From Planctomycetota bacterium (GTDB lineage Bacteria; Planctomycetota; UBA1135; UBA2386), in the NCBI GenBank assembly GCA_046290465.1, contig JBKAGP010000001.1, positions 4,160,001 to 4,224,000 of the forward strand: DNA of 64,000 nt, given 5' to 3'. This document shows, in pieces, positions 1 to 12,310 of this stretch. Position 1 is the stretch's first letter. Every line of letters begins with the position of its first letter. Below the pieces are notes generated by a model, which was given only the letters and a program-made list of their open reading frames with translations, was not told the DNA's origin and made no database searches. Made by a program: the position numbers and the translations under genes.

Positions 1-1250
1 TGCCGATCCCGGTCTGTGAGTTCATCCCTGCCGGCGCGACGCAGTCGTTCTACGTCACCACGACGAACGGCGGCATCATGAACTACACCAACGGCTCGAC
101 CACGGGCGTGGTGTTCGCCTCCAACGCCGACCTCGAGTTCCTCGAGGGCGCTGGCGTCGCCTACCCGTTCGCGTCGAACTTCAACCCGCGCGTCTTCAAC
201 GGCAACATCTACTACAACGTCGGCAACGACCCGGCGGCCTGCACCAACGCGTTCCCGAGCAAGGAACTGTTCGGCACCGGCTGCTACGAGTCGGCCGCCT
301 CGTTCTACGAGGTCATGGACGCGGCCAGCATGGACCTGGGCGGCGTCGCCGTCATCGGCACCAACAACGGCAACGGCTACGACATCACGACGGCTCCGTC
401 GTCGATCGCGGCGCTCGGCCCGGGCGCGGTCAACACCAACCTCGGTGACGACGCGTCGGTCGACACCGCCACCATCGGCGGCACGCTCGGCATCCACGTC
501 GGCTCGAACGGCTGGGTCGCCCTCGGCGGCGGCAACAGCACCGGCTTCGCGCCGGACGTCGCCACGATGCTCAGCAACCCGGCCACCGGCCTCTACGCCT
601 GGACCGACATGCAGCCGCTGAGCGGCGGCGGCACCAACGGCGACATCTGGTACGAGGAGAGCGGCTCGGTCGCGACGATCACGTTCGACAACGTCGACGG
701 CTGGAACACCGGCCTCCCGAACACCATCCAGTTCACCTGGGACACGGCCACGGGCGACTTCGTGATCGCGTTCGGCGTGGTCAGCACCGGCAACCCGGAA
801 GACTGGCTGATCGGCTACTCGCAGGGTGGCGCCAGCGTCGACGGCGGCCCGACCGACCTCTCGGCCGGCCCGTTCTCGGTCGCCGCGACCGATGGCCCGG
901 CGCTCGCGCTGGACAGCTCGGTCCCGATCCTGGGCTCGATCTGGAGCCTGCAGCTCGACAACATCGACCCGGCCTCGCCGTTCGCCGTCTTCGGCTTCGG
1001 TGACGCGGCGATCGATCCGGGCTTCGACCTGACGCCGCTGGGCGGCCCGGGCTGCTTCCTCTACATGAACGGCAACCTCGGCTTCTTCATCCAGCCGCAG
1101 ATGGCCGGCTCGAGCTCGATCAACGTGCTCCTGCCGAACATCTCGTCGCTGCTGGGCGCGTTCGCCGCGGCCCAGGGCGCCGGCTTCACGTCGCAGAACG
1201 CCCTGACGTTCGCGACGTCGAACGGCCTGCGCGTCACGGTCGGCAACTAA
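1..1250 (+). CDS. Secreted/surface protein (5' truncated), nidogen-like middle region, lineage-type C-terminal domain
   Basis: Frame is open from position 3, upstream of the ATG at 78. G/N/T/D-rich extracellular composition; GIHVGSNGWV...WTD...TIQF pattern; ends SNGLRVTVGN. Confidence 0.7.
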   Translation, partial: PIPVCEFIPAGATQSFYVTTTNGGIMNYTNGSTTGVVFASNADLEFLEGAGVAYPFASNFNPRVFNGNIYYNVGNDPAACTNAFPSKELFGTGCYESAASFYEVMDAASMDLGGVAVIGTNNGNGYDITTAPSSIAALGPGAVNTNLGDDASVDTATIGGTLGIHVGSNGWVALGGGNSTGFAPDVATMLSNPATGLYAWTDMQPLSGGGTNGDIWYEESGSVATITFDNVDGWNTGLPNTIQFTWDTATGDFVIAFGVVSTGNPEDWLIGYSQGGASVDGGPTDLSAGPFSVAATDGPALALDSSVPILGSIWSLQLDNIDPASPFAVFGFGDAAIDPGFDLTPLGGPGCFLYMNGNLGFFIQPQMAGSSSINVLLPNISSLLGAFAAAQGAGFTSQNALTFATSNGLRVTVGN

Positions 1251-1291
1251 GCTGCTCGTGACCGAGCTCCGGCATCCCGCCGGAGGCCTCT

Positions 1292-1335
1292 GCGAAACGG
1301 CGCCGCTCCTTCGGGGCGGCGCCGTTTTGCGTTTT
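1292..1335 (+). terminator. Rho-independent terminator
   Basis: GCGAAACGGCGCCGCTC pairs with GGGCGGCGCCGTTTTGC, followed by GTTTT, about 40 nt after the stop at 1250. Confidence 0.8.
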
Positions 1336-1437
1336 GCGGCCGCGACCCGCCAGAAAACCATGTCGCAAGCCTGGGCCATCTGACGGATGTGCGTGCACCT
1401 CGTCGAGCCATCCTTCGACGGGTCCAACACGAACATC

Positions 1438-2493
1438 ATGGTCATCCGGTCCGTTCTCGCGCGCGCGCTCCCGTCGGCGCTTCTCGTCACCTCCTCCCTC
1501 TGCGCGCAGTGCCCTCCGATGTGGCAACCGCTCGGCAGCGGCCTCGACGGCAACGCCATCGGGCTCACCGTCGCAGGCGCCGACGTCATCGCCGCAGGCT
1601 CGTTCTCGTTCGCGGGTGGCAACCCCGCCAACCGCGTCGCGAGCTGGGGCGGCACGACCTGGCAGCCGCTCGGCTCGGGAACCAACGGCAACGTCTACGA
1701 AGCCGCGACGACGGCGACCGGCGACCCCGTGATCGCGGGCGGTTTCACGACGGCCGGAAGCAACACCGTCAACCACATCGCACGCTGGGACGGCAGCAGC
1801 TGGCACCCGCTCGGAGCCGGCGTCGACGGCAACGTCGAGAGCCTCACCCAGCTCGCCAACGGCGACCTGATCGTCGGCGGCACGCTCGCCAATGCCGGCG
1901 GCATCCCGTCACCCAACGTGGCTCGCTGGAACGGCTCCAAATGGTCGGCCGTCGGCGACGGCGTCGACGACGCGGTCATGACGCTGGCCTCCCGCTACGA
2001 CGGCACGATCGTGATCGGCGGCAACTTCACGGCGTCCGGCGACGTCGCGGCGCCCTACATCGCCAGCCTCGAGCCCGGTTGCCCCCCTACCAGCACCGTG
2101 CTGCCGACGAGCTGCATCGGCCCCAACGGTCCGATGACCATGACCGCGACGGCGGCCTGGGCCGGCTCGACCTACCGCGCCACCTGCACCGGCTACGGCG
2201 CGTCCTCGATCGCGGTCTCGGCGATCGGCTTCGGCCCGGCGTCGATGCCGCTGCCGCTGGGCCTCGTGTTCCCCACGGCGCTGCCCGGCTGCAGCCTGCT
2301 GGCCCCGACTCAGGTGATCGACGTCAGCCTGCCCGTCGCCGGCATCGCGAGCTACGCGCTGCCGCTGCCCAACGTGCCGACGCTCACCGGCGCACAGCTG
2401 ACGCAGCAGTTCACGCAACTGGAGCTGGGGGCATCCGGGTTCGCCTCGGTCAGCGTCTCGAACGGCATCACGTTCTCGATCGGCAGCTACTGA
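1438..2493 (+). CDS. Secreted beta-propeller-repeat protein with shared C-terminal domain
   Basis: Signal peptide MVIRSVLARALPSALLVTSSLCA-Q; repeated WxPLGxGxxGxV...GGxF...ARWxG units. Start at 1438 preferred over 1387. Confidence 0.75.
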   Translation: MVIRSVLARALPSALLVTSSLCAQCPPMWQPLGSGLDGNAIGLTVAGADVIAAGSFSFAGGNPANRVASWGGTTWQPLGSGTNGNVYEAATTATGDPVIAGGFTTAGSNTVNHIARWDGSSWHPLGAGVDGNVESLTQLANGDLIVGGTLANAGGIPSPNVARWNGSKWSAVGDGVDDAVMTLASRYDGTIVIGGNFTASGDVAAPYIASLEPGCPPTSTVLPTSCIGPNGPMTMTATAAWAGSTYRATCTGYGASSIAVSAIGFGPASMPLPLGLVFPTALPGCSLLAPTQVIDVSLPVAGIASYALPLPNVPTLTGAQLTQQFTQLELGASGFASVSVSNGITFSIGSY

Positions 2494-2575
2494 CGGCCCG
2501 GGCGGGCAGAGCCGCCAGGCGGCAGAGCGAGCAGGGCGGCCGGCATCGGCCGGGCGCCCCTGCTCGACGCACGCT

Positions 2576-3001
2576 TCAGTAGAGCTTGAAGTAGCTCGAC
2601 GCCGGCCGATCGCCGCTGCGCTCGTGCCAGTAGCTCTTCGTGTTCGGGTCGAGCTTCTTGCCGATCACGTCGCGGCCCATCAGCCGGAAGACCAGCGCGA
2701 TCGGCGTCAACACCAGGTAGTAGACCAGCGCGATCAGCACGTGCGAGATCACGAAGCCGATCGGCACGAACAGGATCGACAGGCCGAGGAACAGCGCGCG
2801 CGACAGCACGCGCACGCCGATCAGGTAGAGGCCGAGCTGCGACACGCCGACGGCGGCCGCGGCGAGGAACACCGGGTGCGCCCACTCGAACGTCGTCACC
2901 AGCCGCAGCACGAACCACGCCAGCAGCGGCAGGCCGAGCACGGCGAAGAACGCGAACTGCCGGACGATGCGCTCTTCGGGCTTGAGGTCGAGCTTGATCA
3001 T
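2576..3001 (-). CDS. SxtJ-family membrane protein
   Basis: Hydrophobic helices; PIGFVIS...YYLVLTPIALVFRLMGRD...SYW motif; directly downstream of a carbamoyltransferase. Confidence 0.8.
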   Translation of the reverse strand: MIKLDLKPEERIVRQFAFFAVLGLPLLAWFVLRLVTTFEWAHPVFLAAAAVGVSQLGLYLIGVRVLSRALFLGLSILFVPIGFVISHVLIALVYYLVLTPIALVFRLMGRDVIGKKLDPNTKSYWHERSGDRPASSYFKLY

Positions 3002-3011
3002 GGTCGTGCGG

Positions 3012-4841
3012 CTAGTCGAGGGCGAAGGCGGACAGGTACTTCTCGCGGTCGACCTCGGGCATGTCCTTCTGGTCGACGCGGCGGATGACGAAGTTCTCGA
3101 GCACGAGCACGTCCATCTCGGTGCCCATGAAGCAGCGCAGCGCGTCCTCGGGCGTGCAGACGATCGGCTCGCCACGCACGTTGAAGCTGGTGTTGATCAG
3201 CACCGGGCTGCCGGTGCGCGCGTGGAACGCGCGCATCATCGAGGCGAGGCGCGGATTGCGTTCACCGTCGACGGTCTGCAGGCGCGCCGAGTAGTCGACG
3301 TGCGTGACCGCCGGAATCACCGAACGGTTCTGCTTGAGCTTGTCGAGGCCGAACAGGCCCTGGTCGACGTCCTTGCGCTTGTCCTGCTTGACCGGCGCGA
3401 CGATCAGCATGTAGGGGCTGTCGTGGCGCTCCTCGATGTCGAAGTACTCGGACGCGTGTTCGCGCAGCACGATCGGCGCGAACGGCCGGAACGACTCGCG
3501 GAACTTGATCTTCAGGTTCATCACCGACTGCATCTTCGGCGAGCGTGCGTCGCCGATGATGCTGCGCGAACCGAGCGCGCGCGGGCCGAACTCCATCGGG
3601 CCCTGGAACCAACCGATCACGTTCTCCTGCTCGATCAATTCGGCGACGCGGTCCGACAGGCCCTGCTCGTCGTGCCGCTCGTAGACGACGTTCTGCGCGT
3701 CGAGGAACGACTGGATGTCCTCGGACTCGTACTTCGGCCCCAGCAAGCTGCCGCGCTGCGAGTCCGCCGGCATCACCGTGCGCGGCTCGCCGAGCAGGTT
3801 GTGCCAGACGAACTGCGCGGCGCCGAGCGCGCCGCCCGCGTCGCCGGCGGCCGGCTGGATCCAGATCTTGTCGAACGGTCCCTCGCGCAGGATCACGCCG
3901 TTGCCGACGCAGTTGAGCGCGACGCCGCCGGCCAGGCACAGGTTGTCCTTGCCGGTCACTTCCTTGGCGTAGCGCGCGGTCTTGAGCATGACCTCCTCGG
4001 TCACCTGCTGGATCGACGCGGCGACGTCCATCTGGAACTGCGTCAGGTCGGTCTCCGGCGACCGCACCGGCTGCCCGAACAGCGACGCGAACCGGTCGTT
4101 CGTCATCGTCAGCCCCTGGCAGTAGTTGAAGTAGCTGAGGTCGAGGCGGTAGCTGCCGTCCTCGCGCAGGTCGATCAGGTGCTTGCGGATGAGGTCCGCG
4201 TACTTCGGCTCGCCATAGGGCGCCAGGCCCATCAGCTTGTACTCGCCGCTGTTGACCTTGAAGCCGCAGTAGTAGGTGAACGCCGAGTAGAGCAGGCCGA
4301 GCGAGTGCGGGAAGCGGATCTCGCGGATCAGCTTGACCTTGTTGCCCTCGCCGACGCCGATCGACGTCGTCGCCCACTCGCCGACGCCGTCCATCGTGAC
4401 GATCGCCGCCTCCTCGAACGGCGACGGATAGAACGCCGACGCCGCGTGGCTCTCGTGGTGCTCGGGGAAGACGTAGCGGTTCTTCGGCTTGCAGCCGAGC
4501 GCGCGCGTCATCTTGCCCTTCATGTGCAGCTTCTCGCCGAGCCACGTCGGGATCGCCTTGCGGAACGACTGCAGGCCGACCGGCGCGAACGCGAGGTAGG
4601 TCTCGAGCAGCCGGTGGAACTTGAGGATCGGCTTGTCATAGAACGCGACGAAGTCGACGTCCTCGGCCGTGATGCCGGCCTGCGCGAAGCAGAACTCGAC
4701 CGCCTTCTTGGGGAAGTCCGGGTCGTGCTTCCTGCGCGTGAAGCGCTCCTCCTGGGCGGCTGCGACGATCTCGCCGTCGCGCAGCAGCGCCGCGGCCGAG
4801 TCGTGGTAGAAGGCGGAGATCCCGAGGATGTACTTCGGCAT
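3012..4841 (-). CDS. O-carbamoyltransferase (NodU/CmcH/TobZ family)
   Basis: ILGISAFYHDSAAAL, EERFTRRKH, EHHESHAASAF, DGVGE, EYKLMGLAPYG, LAGGVALNC, EFGPRALG, RPFAP, NTSFN. Confidence 0.95.
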   Translation of the reverse strand: MPKYILGISAFYHDSAAALLRDGEIVAAAQEERFTRRKHDPDFPKKAVEFCFAQAGITAEDVDFVAFYDKPILKFHRLLETYLAFAPVGLQSFRKAIPTWLGEKLHMKGKMTRALGCKPKNRYVFPEHHESHAASAFYPSPFEEAAIVTMDGVGEWATTSIGVGEGNKVKLIREIRFPHSLGLLYSAFTYYCGFKVNSGEYKLMGLAPYGEPKYADLIRKHLIDLREDGSYRLDLSYFNYCQGLTMTNDRFASLFGQPVRSPETDLTQFQMDVAASIQQVTEEVMLKTARYAKEVTGKDNLCLAGGVALNCVGNGVILREGPFDKIWIQPAAGDAGGALGAAQFVWHNLLGEPRTVMPADSQRGSLLGPKYESEDIQSFLDAQNVVYERHDEQGLSDRVAELIEQENVIGWFQGPMEFGPRALGSRSIIGDARSPKMQSVMNLKIKFRESFRPFAPIVLREHASEYFDIEERHDSPYMLIVAPVKQDKRKDVDQGLFGLDKLKQNRSVIPAVTHVDYSARLQTVDGERNPRLASMMRAFHARTGSPVLINTSFNVRGEPIVCTPEDALRCFMGTEMDVLVLENFVIRRVDQKDMPEVDREKYLSAFALD

Positions 4842-4945
4842 GGCAGAAGGGCAGGCGAGCGCCGGCGTGTCCATGCTGCCGGATCGCCAGAAGGGTACCA
4901 CGTGAAAATCGCCCCCAGGTGAGAACGAGCCGGTACGCTTCGGCC

Positions 4946-6115
4946 ATGGCTTCGAACGCCCGCAAGCCCCGTGCTCTGGTGCTGCTGCTCGCAGCGGGCA
5001 TCGCCACGCTGGTCGCGCTCGGTCTGGCCGAGCTCACCGTGCGCATGTTCGCGTCGAAGCCGCGCGTGCTCGGTGCCATCGCGTTCCAGACCGAGGACGG
5101 CACGCCGGTGGCGGACCTCGCCGAGGCCGCCGCCAAGGGCCTGGTCGTGCAGGTGCCGGGCAAGGTCCCGGAGCAGAAGCCGCGCCGGCGGTACATGTTC
5201 AAGCCGGGCACGAGCTTCTACATCACCTACGCCGACCAGGAGGTGCTGCAGCGCGACTGGCTCGACGACCAGGGCCGCGTGCTCAACCGGATCAACTCTC
5301 TCGGCGTGCGCGAACGGGAGGAGCTGGTCGCTGACAAGCCCGAGGGCCAGCGACGGCTGGTCTGCATCGGCGACTCGTTCACGTTCGGCTGGGGCATCCC
5401 CGAGGAGCAGAACTGGGTCCGTCTGCTCGAGCGCGAACTGCGCGCGGGCGGCGACGACATCCGCACCGTCAACTGCGGTGCGTCGGGCACGGTCGTCATC
5501 GACGAGTACGTCAACGGCCTGCAGCGACGCTTCCACCGCTTCGACCCCGACGCCGTGGTGCTGACCATCTGCCTCAACGATCTGGTCGGCAGCGATGGCC
5601 TGATGGTGTTCGGTCCGCCGATCGACACCGGCTCCGCGCTGCTGGACCTGTGCGTGGGGGCGATCGGGCACAGCCCGCTCGACCTGTCTCCCGACCGGGA
5701 CTGGATCGCCGACCTGCTCGCGATGCCGCAGGTCTACCCGGACGGCACCCCCAACCCGCGCTTCGGACCGGACAAGCCGTACGACGCGATGTGGGCACAA
5801 GGCACCCCGCAGAAAGCACTTCGGCAGGGAAAGGCGTGGTGCGACGAGCGTGGCATCCCGTTCCTGGTGGTGATCTGGCCGTTCTTGCAGGGGCTTGGCG
5901 AGGGCCGCCACTACCCGTTCCAGAAGCTGCACGACCTGGTCGCGGCGGACCTGGAGGAAGCGGGCATCCCGCTGCTCGACGTGACCCCGCAGCTGCGCGG
6001 CACCAACCACGAGGACCTGTGGGTCACGCCGGCCGACACGCACCCCAATCCGAAGGCCCAGCAGCTGGTGCTCCCCGCGATCACTGCGTTTGTGCGCGCG
6101 CAGACCGGCTGGTAG
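4946..6115 (+). CDS. Membrane-anchored SGNH/GDSL hydrolase
   Basis: N-terminal TM helix; INSLGVR, GDSFTFG (catalytic Ser), LND, DTHPN (Asp/His). Confidence 0.88.
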   Translation: MASNARKPRALVLLLAAGIATLVALGLAELTVRMFASKPRVLGAIAFQTEDGTPVADLAEAAAKGLVVQVPGKVPEQKPRRRYMFKPGTSFYITYADQEVLQRDWLDDQGRVLNRINSLGVREREELVADKPEGQRRLVCIGDSFTFGWGIPEEQNWVRLLERELRAGGDDIRTVNCGASGTVVIDEYVNGLQRRFHRFDPDAVVLTICLNDLVGSDGLMVFGPPIDTGSALLDLCVGAIGHSPLDLSPDRDWIADLLAMPQVYPDGTPNPRFGPDKPYDAMWAQGTPQKALRQGKAWCDERGIPFLVVIWPFLQGLGEGRHYPFQKLHDLVAADLEEAGIPLLDVTPQLRGTNHEDLWVTPADTHPNPKAQQLVLPAITAFVRAQTGW

Positions 6116-6402
6116 ACCCGCCGGATCGCCCTAAACCGCTGTACGTCGTTTGCGTCCGGCGTGTTAGCACCCTTCAAGGGGAATCTGCGAAGTCTGAAAT
6201 TGACCCCGCCGGAGCGATCTTTTACAGGGGTTGGCCTTTCGGGCTGACTGCACGTGCCCCTGTGCTCCCCCGCTGCGCGACCAACCGGTTAACGGTCGCT
6301 CGGTGACCGATCGCAGGGCGGCCCCACGTGCGCCCACCAGGGCGTTCGCGCGCCTGACTTTCCTGCGACCGCAATTCTGTCCCCACCGCGGAGGGGATTA
6401 CC

Positions 6403-7077
6403 TTGACCGTACTGTTCCCCAAGTGGACCAACAAAGTCCCGGCCATGCTGGCGCTCGGCGCTGCCATGACCGGACTCGTCGTGGTCCTCGTCGTTTCCTT
6501 CTGGTTCTCGCCGAAGCACACGGACGTCGGGTATCAGCCCTACCAGCCGATCCCGTACAGCCACAAGCTGCACGCCGGCTCGTTCGGCATGGACTGCCGC
6601 TACTGCCACCGCACCGTCGAGGAGAGCGCGACCGCCTCGATCCCGGACGCGGACACCTGCTACGGCTGCCACAAGCACGTCAAGAAGGACAGCGTCAAGC
6701 TGCAGCCGCTGCGCGACGCGTTCAGCGATGAGAAGCAGAACACGCCGATCGAGTGGGTGAAGGTCCACCTGCTGCCGGAGTACGCGTACTTCAACCACGC
6801 GGTCCACATGCGCGCCAACGTCGGCTGCAAGAGCTGCCACGGCCGCGTCGACCAGATGGAGGTCGTGCGCCAGGCCGAACCGCTGAGCATGGGCTGGTGC
6901 CTCGAGTGCCACCGCGACGCCTCGTCGCACATCCGCCCGGCCGACGTCAAGGTCACCGACATGGAGTGGGAGCCGACCGAAGCGTCGATCGCCTCCGCCA
7001 AGAAGCTGCTCGAGTGGAACGGCAACACCCCGCCGAGCCTCAACCCGCCGACCCACTGCTCCGCGTGCCACCGATGA
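6403..7077 (+). CDS. actA: Alternative complex III pentaheme cytochrome c
   Basis: One TM helix, QPIPYSHKLH, five CxxCH motifs (CRYCH, CYGCH, CKSCH, CLECH, CSACH); TTG start. Confidence 0.93.
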   Translation: MTVLFPKWTNKVPAMLALGAAMTGLVVVLVVSFWFSPKHTDVGYQPYQPIPYSHKLHAGSFGMDCRYCHRTVEESATASIPDADTCYGCHKHVKKDSVKLQPLRDAFSDEKQNTPIEWVKVHLLPEYAYFNHAVHMRANVGCKSCHGRVDQMEVVRQAEPLSMGWCLECHRDASSHIRPADVKVTDMEWEPTEASIASAKKLLEWNGNTPPSLNPPTHCSACHR

Positions 7078-10000
7078 GCAACACTGAGATGACGCACACC
7101 CAGAATCAGCAAGTCGGGAACCAGCAATCCGGCAACGAGGCCGGCACCTACTGGCGCAGCCTCGGCCAGTTGGAGAACTCGCAGGAGTTCCAGGAGATCC
7201 TGGCGCGCGAGTTCCCGGAAGGCATCACCGAAGCCCCCGACGCGGTCTCGCGTCGCGGCTTCCTCGGCGCCGTCGCCGCGTCGGTCGCGCTCGCAGGCAT
7301 GGCCGGCTGCCGCAAGCCGGAGACCAAGATCCTGCCGTTCACCAAGCGTCCGGAGGGCTTCAAGCCGGGCATCGCGCAGCAGTACGCGACGACGCTGACG
7401 CGCAACGGCTACGGCCTCGGCGTGCTCGTCAAGAGCAACGACGGCCGCCCGACCAAGATCGACGGCAACCCGGGCCACCCGAGCATGGGCGACGGCGGTT
7501 CGGACATGCAGCTGCAGGCCGAGCTGCTGCAGATGTACGACCCCAACCGCAGCCGCGAGGCCCGCAACCCGCACTCGGCGTCGCACGCCGAAGAAGAAGG
7601 GCACGGCGGTCACGGCGACGGGCACGGTGGCCACGAGGCGCACGAGGTCAACGTCTGGCAGGAGATGGCCGACTGGCTCGACGGCGACCAGGGTGCCGAC
7701 CTGCTCAACAAGCAGGGTCAGGGCATGCACGTCGTGATGCCGCCGAGCAGCTCGCCGACGCTGCTGGCCGCGGTCGCCCGCATGAAGAGCGGCAGCTTCC
7801 CGAAGGCCCGGTTCCACACCTGGAGCGCGCTCAACCAGGACCACGCGCTGCAGGGCGCGCAGATGGCCTTCGGCAAGCCGATGGCCGCCCACTACGACTA
7901 CGGCACGGCCGACGTCATCGTCTCGCTCGACTGCGACTTCCTCGCGACCGAGGGCGACAACGTCAAGAGCGCCAGCCAGTGGGGCAAGCGCCGCGCGCAG
8001 GCGCAGAACCCCAACCGCCTCTACGCCGTCGAGTCGCTCTACACGACCACCGGCACCGCGGCGGACCACCGCTTCCGCACCAAGAGCGGCGAGATCGCCG
8101 GCGTCGCGTTCGCGCTCGCCAGGCAGCTCGGCGTCGGCGCGGGCAGCGACCTGCAGGCCGCGCTCAACGGCCACTCGGCCGCCGCGTTCGAGAAGAACGG
8201 CAAGAAGTGGGTCGAGGAGATCGCCAAGGACCTGCAGTCGGCCAACGGCAAGAGCATCGTCGTCGCCGGCGCCACCCAGCCGCCGGTCGTGCACGCGATC
8301 GCGCACGCGATCAACGCCAAGCTCGGCAACCTCGGCAAGACCGTCACGATGACGGCCGTCGCCGACGGCATCGCCAGCAACTGCACCGCGCAGCTGCAGG
8401 AGCTCGCCGCCGCGCTCGCCGCCGGCACCTGTGAGACGCTGATCTTCCTCGGCACCAACCCGGTGCTCGACGGCCCGGCCGACCTCAAGCTCGGCCAGCT
8501 GCTCAAGGACAAGAAGCCGAAGACGACCATCCACGTCGGCCTCTACGACGACGAGACCGCGCACCTGTGCGACTGGCACTTCCCGATGACGCACGACCTC
8601 GAGGCGTGGGGCGATGCCCGCGCGCACGACGGCACGGTGTCGATGCAGCAGCCGCTGGTCGCGCCGCTGTTCGGCGGCGTCTCGGCGCTCGAGTTCCTGG
8701 CGTTCTTCAACCAGGACAGCGCCGGCAACGCGAGCTGGGACCTGCTCCCCGAAGGCCGTGACACGACCTTCGGCTACGAACTGGTCAAGCAGCACTGGCA
8801 GCAGCAGAGCGGCGCCCCGGACTTCGAGTCCAACTGGTGGCCCAACGCGCTGCACGCCGGCATGGTCGACGGCACCGGCCTCGCGGCCGAGACCGCGACG
8901 GTCAACGGCGGCGTGATCGCCACGGCGGTCACCGCCTGGCAGAAGCCGACCGGCATGGAAGTCGTCCTGCGCGGTTGCCCGAAGATGGCCGACGGCCGCT
9001 TCGCCAACAACTCGTGGATGGCGGAGATCCCGGACCCGATGACCAAGCTCAGCTGGGACAACGCCGCGATGCTGAGCATGGCGACCGCCCGTCAGCTCAA
9101 CGTCCAGAACGGCGACATGCTGACGATCAGCGCCAACGACGCGACGCTGCAGATCCCGGCGTGGATCCTGCCGGGTCACGCCGACGACAGCATCTCGATC
9201 TTCCTGGGCTGGGGCCGCAAGCTCGAGCACTGCAAGGTCGCCGCCGGCGCCGGCTTCAACGCCTACCCGCTGCGCACGAGCGCGCAGTCGTCGATCCTGA
9301 GCGGCGCCAGCGTCGGTCGGGGCAGCGGCTCGCACACGCTGGTCTGCACCCAGGAGCACGGCACGATGGCCGGCCGCGCGCTGGTGCGCGAGGCCGACGT
9401 CGCGACCAACAAGAAGGACCCGCGCTGGGCGCCGAAGATGTCGCCGCTCGACCAGGCCGCGCGCCTGCACGATCCGAAACACGGCACCGAGAAGGACCTC
9501 AACAAGTCCCTCTGGGAGGAGCGTGGCTACGACAAGGGCACCGCGTCCAAGGACGACGACGTGCGCAAGTCGCCCTACCAGTGGGGCATGGTGTTCGACC
9601 TCAACGCGTGCACCGGCTGCAGCGCCTGCATGACGGCGTGCGTCGCGGAGAACAACATCCCGATGGTCGGCAAGATCCAGGTCGCGCGGAACCGCGAGAT
9701 GTTCTGGATCCGCTGTGACCGCTACTTCAGCTCGACGGGCGAGGACGCGCTGTCGATGGCCGAGGACCCGCAGGTCGCGAGCATGCCGGTGCCGTGCATG
9801 CAGTGCGAGAACGCGCCGTGCGAGTCGGTGTGCCCGGTGGCGGCGACGATGCACAGCCCCGACGGCCTCAACGACATGGTCTACAACCGCTGCATCGGCA
9901 CCCGCTACTGCAGCAACAACTGCCCCTACAAGGTCCGCCGCTACAACTACCTCGACTACATCGGCAACGTGCCCGACACGAAGCAGATGGCGTTCAACCC

Positions 10001-10316
10001 CGACGTCACCGTTCGCAGCCGCGGCGTGATGGAGAAGTGCACCTACTGCGTGCAGCGCATCAACGGGGGCCGCATCGAGGCGAAGCTGAACGGCAAGAAG
10101 GTCGGCGACGGGGAGAACGACATCCGCGTCACCACGGCGTGCGCGCAGGCGTGCCCGACCCAGGCCATCACGTTCGGCAACATCATCGAGACGACCAGCA
10201 AGGTCGCCAAGCTCCGCGGCAGCGACCTCAACTACGGCCTGCTCTCCGAACTGAACACGAAGCCGCGCACCACCTACCTGGGCCGCGTGCGCAACCCGAA
10301 CCCCGCTCTCTCCTAA
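7074..10316 (+). CDS. actB: Alternative complex III molybdopterin-oxidoreductase-like/Fe-S subunit
   Basis: YWRSL...EFP leader then TAT motif SRRGFL; C-terminal ferredoxin motifs [46 protein letters not shown] overlap with actA. Confidence 0.93.
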   Translation: MSNTEMTHTQNQQVGNQQSGNEAGTYWRSLGQLENSQEFQEILAREFPEGITEAPDAVSRRGFLGAVAASVALAGMAGCRKPETKILPFTKRPEGFKPGIAQQYATTLTRNGYGLGVLVKSNDGRPTKIDGNPGHPSMGDGGSDMQLQAELLQMYDPNRSREARNPHSASHAEEEGHGGHGDGHGGHEAHEVNVWQEMADWLDGDQGADLLNKQGQGMHVVMPPSSSPTLLAAVARMKSGSFPKARFHTWSALNQDHALQGAQMAFGKPMAAHYDYGTADVIVSLDCDFLATEGDNVKSASQWGKRRAQAQNPNRLYAVESLYTTTGTAADHRFRTKSGEIAGVAFALARQLGVGAGSDLQAALNGHSAAAFEKNGKKWVEEIAKDLQSANGKSIVVAGATQPPVVHAIAHAINAKLGNLGKTVTMTAVADGIASNCTAQLQELAAALAAGTCETLIFLGTNPVLDGPADLKLGQLLKDKKPKTTIHVGLYDDETAHLCDWHFPMTHDLEAWGDARAHDGTVSMQQPLVAPLFGGVSALEFLAFFNQDSAGNASWDLLPEGRDTTFGYELVKQHWQQQSGAPDFESNWWPNALHAGMVDGTGLAAETATVNGGVIATAVTAWQKPTGMEVVLRGCPKMADGRFANNSWMAEIPDPMTKLSWDNAAMLSMATARQLNVQNGDMLTISANDATLQIPAWILPGHADDSISIFLGWGRKLEHCKVAAGAGFNAYPLRTSAQSSILSGASVGRGSGSHTLVCTQEHGTMAGRALVREADVATNKKDPRWAPKMSPLDQAARLHDPKHGTEKDLNKSLWEERGYDKGTASKDDDVRKSPYQWGMVFDLNACTGCSACMTACVAENNIPMVGKIQVARNREMFWIRCDRYFSSTGEDALSMAEDPQVASMPVPCMQCENAPCESVCPVAATMHSPDGLNDMVYNRCIGTRYCSNNCPYKVRRYNYLDYIGNVPDTKQMAFNPDVTVRSRGVMEKCTYCVQRINGGRIEAKLNGKKVGDGENDIRVTTACAQACPTQAITFGNIIETTSKVAKLRGSDLNYGLLSELNTKPRTTYLGRVRNPNPALS

Positions 10317-10329
10317 CGGGCCACTATCG

Positions 10330-11754
<1,425 letters not shown>

Positions 11755-11765
11755 GGACCCTACTG

Positions 11766-12302
11766 ATGACGACTAGCAACAAGTGGGGCGTGGTCGCCGA
11801 GTTCGACTCGGCGCAATCCATCTACCACGCCGCCGAGAAGCTCACGGCCGAGGGCTACACGCGCACCGACGCGCACACGCCCTTCCCGGTGCACGGCATC
11901 GACAAGAAGCTCAACCACCGCGAGAGCCCGCTCGGTTGGATCGTCGTGTGCTGCGGCTTCACCGGCATCTGCCTGGCGCAGCTGATGATGTATTGGATGA
12001 ACGCGGTCGACTACCCGTTCTGGGTCTCCGGCAAGGAGCCCTACGCGTGGCCGGCCACGATCCCGATCACGTTCGAGCTGATGGTCCTGCTCTCGGGTCT
12101 CGGCGCGGTCTTCGGCATGTTCGGCCTGAACAAGCTGCCGCGTCTGCACCACCCGATCTTCAACCACAGCACGATCCACCGTGTGACCGACGACCGCTTC
12201 TTCCTCTCGGTGGAAGCGACCGACCCCAAGTTCGACAGCCAGAAGACCGTGCAGTTCCTGCAGTCGATCGGTGGCACGAACGTCGAGATCATCGAGGACT
12301 GA
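11766..12302 (+). CDS. actD: Alternative complex III subunit D (DUF3341)
   Basis: AEFDS...DAHTPFPVHG, GKEP, PITFELMVL, DRFFL; gene order. Confidence 0.9.
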   Translation: MTTSNKWGVVAEFDSAQSIYHAAEKLTAEGYTRTDAHTPFPVHGIDKKLNHRESPLGWIVVCCGFTGICLAQLMMYWMNAVDYPFWVSGKEPYAWPATIPITFELMVLLSGLGAVFGMFGLNKLPRLHHPIFNHSTIHRVTDDRFFLSVEATDPKFDSQKTVQFLQSIGGTNVEIIED

Positions 12303-12310
12303 TACCAACC

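Noticed and set aside
2576..4841. Saxitoxin biosynthesis cluster
   Set aside because: Only sxtI/J-like genes are present; no sxtA, sxtG or other core genes in the window.
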